Assembly: GCA_040954595.2 (NCBI GenBank)
Contig: CM082588.2
Location: forward strand, 11,047,298-11,111,297
Length of the DNA stretch: 64,000 nucleotides
Direction: 5' to 3'
Origin: Balanoglossus misakiensis
Taxonomy: Eukaryota; Animalia; Hemichordata
Shown: positions 23,723 to 34,805 of the stretch, one piece after another
How the letters are laid out: each line of letters begins with the position of its first letter
Position numbering within the stretch: position 1 is the first letter of the stretch
Notes under the pieces: generated by a model
Told to the model about the DNA's origin: nothing
The model's input: only the letters and a program-made list of their open reading frames with translations
Database searches by the model: none
Program-made: the position numbers and the translations under genes

Positions 23723-24819
23723 TTTAGGGATGTTTTGTCGCCTTTGTACAAAACACAAGCAGAAGGCCAAGTGCGGAGGGACTTGGGTTACAACATCTCC
23801 ATGTACATGTACCACCCTTCGCGAAGACAAACTCAAGCAGCATGAAGAGACGATTATCGACCGGGCGGCAATGCAGCTTGACGCCGAGGCAGCAGTTATC
23901 GAGAACAGCAGCGGTCTTGTGGCTGCATTTGACAAGGTCATCACCTTTGAGACGCAAGCCTTCATGCATCGGCGTCCTACGATGCATGTATTTTCTCATG
24001 CACAGAGAATTGCCGCACACCACCAACTTCATCCATGTTTTGGAATTGGCAAAGTCCCTCGGGTGTTCATTCCTTGGTACTCTCAGCAGTGATGACCACA
24101 ACTATAATGGTTTATTGCATTGGTAAGTAGGTCTACTGATTTTTGTGCAGATCTAAATTGTAGGCAATGTAGTAACATTTATTTAAACCTGGTTGTTTTC
24201 AAGAAAGGATCACTGTTTAAGCAATAGTGTTACACTCAATAAAGAATAATTACTGTACAAATTACTGTGAATTTTGATAAGTTTAATCTGAAGAGTAATT
24301 TTCATTTATTTTATTTTTCAGGCAAAGTCATCCGTGATGAGATTTTAGAGAAGATGAAAGGAAGTAACTTCTATTCACTGTTAATAGATGAAAACAACTA
24401 ATGTGGCTGTATTGAAGCAATTAATCATCTATTCCAAGTACACCTTGAAGTCTGGGAAGTCAGTTGTGTCTTTCCTTGGAGTTAAAGAAGTAAGTGGAAA
24501 GTTTTTCAATTTTTAAGTCTACACTGAATTAAAAACATACGATTAAACATGTTTTTGAGTGACCTCATTTAATTGATTTTGCTGACTAGTTATTTCAGGT
24601 GAGACAAACATTGAGTTGTACATTGCATGTGTTAACATCAAGGTTTTATTTTCACTGTTTTAGGTTGGTGATGGCAGAGCAGACACCATTGCACAGTCAG
24701 TGAAAGAGTTTTCTTCAGAGAATGGTATTGTCTTAAGAGATCGTCTGTCTGCTTTGGGCAGTGATGGTGCTCCTGTTATGCTAGGACAGAAAGGAGGGGT
24801 GGCTACCAAACTAAAAGAA
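23723..24819 (+). pseudogene. Intron-containing hAT transposase relic (ZNF862-like), 5' half
   Basis: Exon ~23723-24122: GMFCRLC..KQHE zinc finger and YFLMHRELPHTTNF. Exon 24322-24489: YSLLIDE/TTNVAVLKQLIIY (first catalytic Asp). Exon 24664-24819: DGRADTI..LGSDGAPVMLGQKGGVATKLKE (second catalytic Asp). Introns are GT-AG with compatible phases. Frameshifts near 23965 and 24393. Confidence 0.85.
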
Positions 24820-25630
24820 GTGAGTGAAATTTTGAGTTGTGAAGACATTGTGATTTTGTAAGTTTTTAGTTGGTGTCTTTATATCGTGACAATAATAATA
24901 GTAATAATTAAAGCTGCAAGCAGCATTGAATGGGCCCAAGCATAGAGATAATAACCATTAGACTCCATTCAGGGTTGTACCATTCAATTGCGTAGGCTGT
25001 ATTTGCTCTGGATGTGGAGATATGGGGAAGTAGGCAACCACCCGAAATGGATGTCCTACAAGTACAAACACAACAACCACAAGTGAACTTCTACGTTATG
25101 TAAGGACTTCAGTTAAGTACTTCAAAGGTCAGCTGAGGGTACCCAAAAATTGGGCCAAAAATTTGGATTCCTATTTGGTTCATATTCAAGACAACGGAAA
25201 ATTCTCGCCCTTTGGGTTTTTAAAATTAGGTATGGCCATAATAATGAGTTACGCAAGTAAGTTACAGGTGGCCCTAGGAATTTAGCATTTCATGACGGTC
25301 CTACCCTACCCCTCCAAACACGTGGCTATATATGATGTGCATGCTAACATATGGAAAGCAGGTCAATGGACACCTGAGGTCATTCAAAAATTTGACAGAA
25401 AAATTTCATTCCTGTTTATGTCTTGTGCAACAAATCCTACATTTGCAGCCCTTTCACTTTGCCTAACATTAGGTATGCACGTAATACATGAATCAAGCAG
25501 GTGTCAAAGGTATCCCCCTGTATTTGGCATTTCATGATAGTTTCATCCCTCCAAATACCAAAGCTGCACCTGTACAACGGGATGAGATATGGCACTCTAT
25601 GACAGAGGTCATCCAAATCACCTTATACAT

Positions 25631-26500
25631 CAATCAATCAATCAATCAGAGAAATTTGTATAGCGCCAGTATCTATAACAAGTGTCATACTCAAAGGCGC
25701 TTGTGCTCATTGGCCCACACCATATGCTCTTGCGAAATAATGCGTCTTCAGTCTTTTCTTAAAGATACTCAAACTTGGAGCTTGACGAATGTTCCACAGT
25801 TTCGTTGCAGCATGAGAGAATGCTCGGCCACCGTATGAAGAACGTTTGTACATTGTAGTGCATAAAAGGCTCTTATTAGCTGAACGAAGCCTGCGACCAG
25901 GAGAATATGTCCGAATGAGATCGCGGATATAGTTCGGAGCGAGATTATTTAAGGCTTTGTATGTGAGCAGATTTATTTTATACTCTATCCTGTGGCGAAC
26001 TGGTAACCAATGAAGAAATTGAAGAACTGGCGTTATATGGGCAGACTTCCTGGACCGAGTTATGATTCTTGCAGCTGTATTTTGTGTGCGTTGTAGAAGG
26101 TTCAGACTGCGTTCTGGTATACCATACAGTAATGCATTACCATAGTCGAGTTTCGCTGCCAAAATAGCATGAATCACTGTTTGACATGTTGCTTTGTTAA
26201 GAAATTTCCTGATTTGTCCGACACGGCGAAAGTGGTAATATATTGATTGACAAGTTTTCTTGATGTGATCTTTATACATGTGCGTATTGTCAAATATTAC
26301 ACCAATATTGCGAGCTGATTTAACGACGGGAACAGAGCTTGAACCAATGGTAATCTTGTCAATAGCATCAGCAGAGTGATGAAATTGTGAACGAATAAGT
26401 AGAATCTCAGTTTTTGGAGTCGTTGAGTTGAAGCTTGTTTTGGGTCATCCAGTCCTTAAGATCACGGATACAGGCCTCAATGGACATTTGGGCACAAACC
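25631..26500 (-). mobile_element. 5'-truncated L2-clade LINE (RT C-terminal region, 3' UTR and tail)
   Basis: WMTQNKLQLN..TEILL, LDYGNALLYG, LQRTQNTAAR, HITPVLQFLHWLP, GGRAFS..LWN. 3' UTR AAGCGCCTTTGAG..GGCGCTATA followed by a (TGAT)n tail at 25631-25648. Confidence 0.92.
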
Positions 26501-27194
26501 AACTGACACTTACATTCGTCCCTGTGGAACAAAAACCAGCCCTATCGCCCTGTTGGTTAGTGTCTAATTAAATGTACAAAATCAATGACTTAGGCAGGTG
26601 CAACAGACGACCCCGCCTTTGGTATATCATTATGGTCCCATCCGTATATGCCCCCCCCCCCCCCTCCCAAGCCAAAGCTGCATGCATCTGCTGTGGATGC
26701 TCACTAAGCAAAAGTAGGTGAAAGGTCACATAAGGTCGCCCACAACTTGACGGGAAAATCGGACTTCATATTGATCCATGTGCAACAAATAGCACGCTAC
26801 CACCCCTTTCATTGACCCCACAATTACGCATGCACATAATTATTGAGTTATGCAGGTGTCACAGGTGACACCCGAATCGGGTGTATTATTTTAGTCCCAT
26901 ACAGCTGCATGTAGCTGCGTGCCGTTACGGGCGACCTGATAACCCACACGGCCACCTGCGGGCCGACCCCCATACTGAACGTCCAGTTGCAACATCACGA
27001 CTGAAGTAGGAACTTTTGAACGGCAACGAAGCCTGATCTCTGATTATTGCTGGTACCATACTCCTGTCGTGCAAGAAAATCACTGGTCTGCTGACGTATT
27101 TCAGCCAATTTCCCAAACTACTATCCACTACATGTGACTACAATGCTAATGAAACCTCCCACAACATTAGCGACTTAGGGTCAAAGTCCACTGT

Positions 27195-29730
27195 TTAAAA
27201 TTTTTTCATCGGTTTTACTTTAAAGGATGCCCACAAACTGCAACAGTAAATATTACTACAATATGCCAAAAATAAAACTTTCTTCACATCTTGACTAAAA
27301 TGTTGAAAATGTCTCAATAGCATGTTTGCTCTAACACAAAATGCTCTTCTCTGTCGTTCAATATCTTCATTATCACAACCCTCACAAGATATAACGTGGC
27401 CCAGATAGGTGTGTACAGGTACAAACTTTAAAGTGATGTCATTAAGTTTAACCGAAGGAATTCTTTGAACGCTCATATTCTTCCCATTAAAAAGCATGCA
27501 CACAGTTTTACTAGAATTATAAATTATATCATAATCCTTGCCATAAATTTCACAAATTCTAAGAAGACGGTGTAGACCCTTAATACTTGGACTGAGTAGA
27601 GTCATGTCGTCAGCGTAACCTAAAGTGTTAGCGCTGACACCACACATGGTACAGCCAACTTTGGCTTTACAGAGTGCATTGATAAGATCATCAATGTAGA
27701 CATTAAAAAGATAGGGAGAGAGTACTCCCCCTTGTCTTACACCGTTAGAAACAGAAAACAACTCTGAGGTTTCATTACCCCACAACACAGTAAACAATTG
27801 ATTTCTGTACCATTAAAGGTCACATGTCATGCTTTGGAAAGTTTTCATTTTTCCACGTCAAAAGCTCACCTAGGGTACCTGTCTATGCATTGCCTATTGT
27901 GTCGGTTCCGAAAAATGTGCACGAATGCCGGAATTTGCCACCTTTTTTCATGCCTGTGATCGGGGAGCCACTTCGCACTCGAGCCAGGCGAAGGTATTTG
28001 CATATGGACAAACAAGTACACTATGTCGTAGTGTACCATTCTGTTTACAGTAAAGTGTAATTATCGGTCCATGAGTAATTAAGTCCACAGACAAAGATAA
28101 GCTATATAAACAGTGTTCAAAGCAAAGGAAGCCCTTGCCTCACATTGCAGGCAGAGGATTTACAAAGGTGTGAAAGACTATTTGTCCACATCAAGATAAG
28201 TCTTCGGCTTAACTTCGAAAAGCCAAAAAAAATCGACTGAGTTGGGTTAGGGGTACACGCCCACCCGCCACTTTTACTTGCTTGTTATCTAAGCACAAGG
28301 GGCAAAACGCATTGCAAGATAGTAACATACGTTAACTTCAAGACCCAAATAGTGATTTTACGCGTGGTTGTATAGGGCATGGCATGGGACCTTTAATATA
28401 AAATTCGTACAGCATACAAGGGAACATTCCTGTCGATGAGCTTGTTAATCAGTTTAAAGTGATTAACTCTGTCAAAAGCTTTTGAAGCATCCAGAAAACA
28501 AGTAAACACTGGTCTTCCATTGCTGGTGTAGTAGCTAATGATTTCTTTAAATGCAAATAAACACAGGTCAGTTGAATGTTCTCGCTTGAAACCAAATTGT
28601 AAATAATGAGAGGTAAGAAACTCCTCACAACGAGAAAGTAAAATAGGCTCAAAAACTTTAGAGAAAACAGTTGCTAGTGCTATCGGCCGGTAGTTACTGG
28701 CATCACTACAAAGCTTAGTTTTATCCTTAATTGGAACTAAAATAACTTTGATAGCCGCAGTTTGCAGGTAACCATGAACAATCAAGTCAAAATGGGTAAA
28801 ATAGAGGAGTCTGAGAATTTGAGGTGCTCAGCTGAAATATTGTCAATGCCAGCTGTCTTATCGTCAGGTAACTTATGTATAGCAGAAATTACTTCTTCTT
28901 CAGAAACATACATATCAGAAGAAAATTTAACATACTTCATTTTCTCCTCGATGTCATTTTTACCAGTCTGAGCCTGGACAGAATTCAAAATATCACTGAA
29001 ATGCTTGTGCCACATAATTGCAATTTCACTCTCACCAGTCGCTCCACCTACAGTGTCAGAAAGCGGCATTTTTCTGCTAGTTTGCTTTCTGACTTCCTTC
29101 CAGAAGTCGTTCTGTTTGTGGCAGCGTAAATTGTCAGCCATCTTGTCAGCCCTATTTTGATTCTCAATCTTTTTACAAGCACGTAAAGCATACTTAAAAC
29201 GAGCTCTGGAAGATTTCATGGTTTCAAAAAGCGGGCCTTGTTAAGGTTTACCCCCATTAACCCATAATAAAAACATGGAACGGGCATAGTCGTGACTTTC
29301 TTTTACAAAATCGTTCCAGCCATGCACAACATGAACTTTCTGGTGAAACTTACGCCTAATGGTATCTTTTGCAGCACAATTCAATGCGTCCACAACACTA
29401 CTATAACAAGTATCAATTGCCTGTAAATGCGAAGGGTATGTACAGTTCACATTAGTGCAGAATAACTCTTCGGATATATTAATCTTATCAACCTTGGCTT
29501 TGGTACAACGGGTGTAGGCGGATATATTCTGCTGTGACAATTTTTTCCAATCAACTCGAAAATTACATTGCTTGAAGGAACTACTGCTGAAGCATTCATC
29601 AGCAGAAGTGTTGAAATGAACCTCTATTGAAACAGGAATATGGTCGGAGTCAACAACATTGCAAAGACTCGAAATTGAAAGAACATTGCTATAAAAAATT
29701 TTAGTGGTAACACAGTGGTCAATCCAAACT
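27195..29730 (-). mobile_element. Internal fragment of an APE-RT LINE ORF2 (Proto2/RTEX-like motifs), degenerate
   Basis: Endonuclease end WIDHCV..SDHIP. RT motifs NYRPIAL, QFGFK, FLDASKAFDRV, GVRQGGVLSP, YADD, YLG. In-frame stop at 29241, frameshift near 28785, split by a MITE, and both ends missing. Confidence 0.9.
27817..28392. mobile_element. Kolobok-type MITE, family C (576 bp), inserted in the LINE RT
   Basis: TTAA TSD at 27813-27816 and 28393-28396. TIR AGGTCACATGTCATGC / GCATGGCATGGGACCT. Removing it rejoins the RT frame. Confidence 0.9.
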
Positions 29731-31059
29731 CAGCGTAATTCAATAAAACGCCCTAACACAGCCTGAACTCCGATAATGTGTTGTCCCAAAATTCATTCCG
29801 TGGAAAATAATCACTGGTCTGTTTACGTATTTCAGCCGATTTTCCAAGGACTACTGCAACCCGCCAGAAGTGAGTAGCCTGCTAATGAGATCTCCACAAC
29901 ATTACGTAATGACGGTCAAAGTCCGATGCCCCAGTGTCCGTCCTCAGCCCACCAAAAAATGCGAAAAAATATTACAAAAATCTTCTTCTCAAAATCGACG
30001 TGGCCTAGGACCTTGAAATTTGGCACAGGGGATTTTGGCCACATGGTCTACAAAAATCGCGAAAAGAATGTACATGCCCCCATTAACGTGCAAATTAGGT
30101 CAATTTGAAAATTTCGCTCGATTATAGCCACAAAGTCACGTGACTAATTACAAATTCAAAGGGCAGGTGCACCAGTACTCATGGGCCCCAACCACCGTGC
30201 CAAATTTGGAGGCGCACCTGCCGGAATTTCAGAGAAAAACGGGCGCAAAAAAACGACTCAAGAAGAAAGAAGACAAACTCCAGCAATAACAGAAGGGGAC
30301 CAAGCGCCTGAGGGCTCTTGGTCCCCTAAATATGGGACTAAACTTGACAGATACCCGGAATATTTTCCTATTTAGGATACCTGGTTGCATTTCCACCTAA
30401 AGGCGTCCTATTGGCGTGGAAATTTTATAACTTGAAATCGTTTGACTGGGTGATAGGTATTAATATCTTATGATGTTATAAAACACTTGGCTCGCCAAAG
30501 GTAAGGACCGATTATAGCGTCAGTCGTGTCATAAAATCTATATGAACGTCATGGGTCAATAAACTTGATGGTCCAATAAAATTTAATGGTTCGTAAAACT
30601 ATTGTGTCCAATGTCTGCAGAGTATACTGGCTGCAACATGTGTATGAGTCAGGATTAACGGCTGTAGCCATCAACCCAAAAGGTGAACGTCCTATTCTCA
30701 CTAACTTAAATAGGTTTTGCGACCTAGTTGAGTGATAAAAACCTTATGATAAAGTCGACACAATTTCAAGATGACGATGTGCAAATGAGAGTTCATAAGC
30801 TAAAGTAAAGTTCAATGAATTCTATACAAAGTTCAAAAAAGATTTTTTACTAAAGGAAGACATGAACAAACTGATATCGTCTCTTCATATTCGTACATGT
30901 CCAACTGTTGTGATTTGACCCCCCCCCCCCCATGGTACATGAACCTATTACTTAGTACACACTTAAACAATTGGCATTTGAAGTGCCTTGCTTGACAGTG
31001 TTTAATGCGGTGGTCAGCCGCGTTTATCTCTCGCCACTTCATGCATCATGTCGCCTTAA

Positions 31060-31379
31060 AGGGACAAACTCTCTCTCTCGTCGCCCTTTTCTATTAATTA
31101 TGTTTGATACAAGACACCGTTTATATTAATGGGCATGTGTATATGTAGTGAATGAACGTTCAACCACACACAACTTCCATCCTGCTTGTATGATATGAGA
31201 GTAAAAACTCGCCCAAAATGAATTAATGGTAGAGACCGATTTTTCAGTTTTGCGAGTTTTCGCTCTCGTGTCTACATGCGGGATAGAAGGTGTGTGCGGT
31301 TGAACGTTGCATCACTATATATCCACATTTACATTAATATAAACGGTGTTTTGTATCAAACATGGAAAAGGGCAGCGAG
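31060..31379. mobile_element. Kolobok family A copy, right tip missing
   Basis: TTAA|AGGGACAAACTCTCTCT start. Homologous to 9954-10300. Ends GGGCAGCGAG|TTAA. Confidence 0.85.
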
Positions 31380-31383
31380 TTAA

Positions 31384-31750
31384 GGATGTACGATCAGTAA
31401 AATTGAAAGCATTGTCATTTCTTTTAATCGTGAATTTTCGTTTCTGATTTGTATGTATAATGAAAATCCATTTTGGGTCACTGCACTTGTTTTCGACTTT
31501 AAACAAGGCCGTGAATTTAGTCGACAATTGAAGAAAACTGCTAACGGTCAGCATTTTCTACCAATGGTTTGTCTATGGATACAATATTGAACAAAGTTTA
31601 TCTCAAAATAGAGCGTGATGAATTTATTTTGATTTGTCGGAGCTATGTGTAAAATTTCATGAAAATGACAATAGTAGAAGTGAGTTTTCTAACTATTCTC
31701 CATGTACTCCTATGGGAAGAGACACAGGCGCACAGTTTACCAGTTGACGA
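31384..31750 (+). mobile_element. Kolobok family B copy (the opposite terminus retained)
   Basis: TTAA|GGATGTAC start. Inverted homolog of 21697-22090. Confidence 0.75.
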
Positions 31751-32015
31751 CCTCTAAAGAGTAAACGGGGGGGGGGGATGATGAAAGGTTTAAGACTTAC
31801 AGATCACAACTTAAAGAGCCATTCAGAAAGAGGCTTAGAGTGGAGTATCAAATCGGACGATACCACTGACTGGTGGAGGAAGACAAAATAAGCAAACTGA
31901 GTAGATGAGTGCTCAGATTTCTTCAGAGGACCAAACGTTTCAAAGAATTATACGTGACAATCCATGCCTGGTCCGTCAGTAGATATAAACAGAACATTGT
32001 GGCTGTATTCATTAA

Positions 32016-32306
32016 AGGGACAAAGTCTCTCTCTCGCTGCCCTTTTTCCATTAATTATGTTTGATACAAGACTGCGTTTATATTATTCTACATGTGGATA
32101 TAGTGAATCAACGTTCAACCATACACACCTTCCACCCCGCTTGTATAGACACGAGAGTTTTAAAAAGTAGCCAAAATGAATAAACGGTCTCTACCATTTA
32201 TTCATTTCGGGCGAGTTTTTACTCTCGTATCATACAAGCCGGATGGAAGTTGTGTGTGGTTGAACGTTCATTCACTAACATAAACGGTGTCTTGTATCAT
32301 GTCCCT
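32016..32306. mobile_element. Kolobok family A copy with subterminal deletion
   Basis: TTAA TSD at 32012-32015 and 32307-32310. AGGGACA...TGTCCCT termini. Homologous to 9954-10300. Confidence 0.88.
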
Positions 32307-33084
32307 TTAACACTTTTGAAGCATTTTACTAATGCTAACATGACTAGACCAATTGAATGATGTTACATTGCAGGTTATCAACTCAGAGGGGCGTCTTGTT
32401 ATAAAGCGGTACCTGACAAACAATCAGCTGGCAACGCTGAAAATACCTGTCAGTCGTAAGTATGAAAGTATACATCATTTGAGTAGAATTTTACGGGAGT
32501 TCCTAACAAGGCTTGGACATGTCACGCACAAATACAAAGGGCGCGTATAAAGACAGACAAAACCTCGCTCAGTGTGAGGTGTTCAGCGATTGCATCTGAT
32601 AAGTCGAAAATGCTTGATCACGTGTCATGTTCAGTTGGGAAATTGGATATGTCTCAGGCCAAAAAAACTAATATGTGCTATTCCGATTACATGGTTTTCA
32701 AAAATATTGTAGGTAGAAAGGGACATTTTTTTATTTTTCAATTTTTTTTATATCTTTGGCCGTCGTAGTGTAGAAGAATGACATCATAGTTCTTGCGTGA
32801 TTCTCGCAATTTTCATGAATTGTTTTATATTTGACATCGTTATTTTTACTTCCGGTTTGCGAAGATCTAAACTGTTTTGGGTCGGCGGGCTAAAATTAGG
32901 GTAGTTCGGGTAATCGTTATGACATTGGGAGCTACGGCTGCAAAGCCATGTGTCTCGTGCGAAAAGGGCCCTTAACCTTTTGCAATATTTAACAGCAAAC
33001 AACAGACAGTTTTGAGAATAAAAGGTTTCCGTCGTGTCTGACTTTCATATCGCATTAATAGCATATCCCTAATTTTAAAGAAAT

Positions 33085-33320
33085 TAGGAGAGACAGAGTG
33101 AAACAGGCAGAGTGGCAGACAGACACAAGCAGACAGACAGAGCAACATTCATCAGTAGAGACACTCACCGGTCGCTCGCTCGCTCGCTCACTCTCTCTCT
33201 CAGAGAGAGGGGGCAGACAGTCAGACAGACAGACGTTGACAGACAGTCAGTAAGTCAGTCAGCCAGTTAATCAGTCAGTCAGACGTCAAAGACACAGTGA
33301 CACAAACACAGCGAGGGAGA
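33085..33320 (+). repeat. Compound degenerate microsatellite (CAGA, CGCT, CT/GA, CAGT)
   Basis: Directly visible runs. Confidence 0.8.
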
Positions 33321-34805
33321 CAAAAGGACCTTTCATGCTTAAACCCCTCTTCTTCTGTTATAAACTTTGAAAACCGTTCGTTTTCAGATTGCAGATTGCT
33401 CGAATAACGCGGCACACTGCCGAAACAATAAAACAAATACTAGTGGGAGCTCATAAAATAAAATCGCTCAACCATTCCGTCGTCCTGAGTGACCTCAGCC
33501 ACATTAATTCCGACGTCTTTTTAGGGTCATGAAAAAAGTCACAAATAAGGTATTTCCCCTAGGTCCACCTGAAGCAAAAAGTTTTCGTTTCGACTCCATC
33601 ATTCCGAATAGTAAGAAAGCAACAAAATTGAAAAGACAGATGTAAAATGCAATCTCTCTCACGTGGTAACGTTTGTAACTATGGCAATCACGGTACGTGT
33701 TCAGTACACAGACAGGGAGAAAAGTTTCCCCATGCAATACATGTGTTCAGTAAGGTTTGACCTTGGTTTTACTTTGTACCATGATCGCCGCTTTCTAAGC
33801 ATGGATGAACGACGGCGGTCAGACCCAATCGAACCCTTTCATGTCAGATGACCACGGTATCTCCAGTGTGAGATGACATTTGACAAACCATTTGATTTCA
33901 ACAAAATCTTCGCGTCGTCAACGCGTCGCATACCAGTCGCATATCGGTATTTACCCAATCATAAAAGTTGGAAATTCGGGAGACTCGATCTGCAACCAAG
34001 TTGAGAGTAAATTTTGACGTTTGACTATTGGCAAGTAAACAGGTTACACAATGACTTGTCGGTTTTTCCTCCGTCATGGTCGTTCTTGACCCAAGTGTCC
34101 TTCCTTGACATTTAGACACACCTTGCGGTATGACCTTGGTGGTCATGTGCAATTAGTTTTCTTGTATAAGACGCTTTTCATGCCGGGGTAGACGACTTGT
34201 GCGTGGATCATCAACATTTCAGTGATATTTCAACGCAAAGTTTTAGCAATATTGAGAAAACAGGTAGTGAGGTGTCAAATGCATATCAATGTACGAAAAT
34301 TAGGTCAAGCCACCCGACAGCAACCGCTTTCACACAGTGTCGGACGTTGCACGGAATGTGAAACGTTACACTGCTTCGGCCGTTCACATGCACCTGGGCG
34401 TGGTTTTGGTCAAACGCCCCCACTTACTTTGGGCGTTTTCAATGGTAAATGTGTCGTATTGATCGAAACCTTGCCGTAAACACATTTTTTTTGCTGAATC
34501 AACATTCAGAGTTCAGCCGTCTAGTTAACGAAGTATTGAAATAAGCCACTTGTTCATCATTTTTTGTCTGTCAAACGTGTTTATTCGGACAGGGACCGGC
34601 CGCCAATGAGTGGTTTAGGGAGCCCACACGTACACTCTGGTACCTGGACAATTAACAAAGACATGACGTGTGTACCGTCCGGTTCGAAAAGATTGGTTTA
34701 AGGTAGTCCTGGTAACAGTCATCCTAACGAGGCCAGGGGAGGTCTCCAAGGGCGAAATAAACAAAGCTACCGATGACGAGTCGAATTCGAATCGGACGAT
34801 GCTTG

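Larger units (their letters stand above)
24909..30330. mobile_element. Large Helentron/HINE-like non-autonomous element hosting nested insertions
   Basis: Starts after (AAT)n with AAAGCTGCAAGCAGC..GGGCCCAAGC (24932-24941). Ends with (AAG)n and hairpin AGGGGACCAAG..CTTGGTCCCCT (30294-30327), whose arm matches the 5' motif. Internal diverged subrepeats (25380-25550, 26510-26640, 26740-26900; 27040-27192 vs 29775-29928) continue across the inserts. Confidence 0.6.

Noticed and set aside
30335-30440. Possible continuation exon of the hAT transposase after the HINE
   Set aside because: An acceptor-like site exists, but the translation shows no hAT CxxH motif and stops early.
34724-34762. Hammerhead ribozyme core (CTAACGA..CGAAA)
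   Set aside because: The core deviates from CUGANGA and stem II does not pair convincingly.
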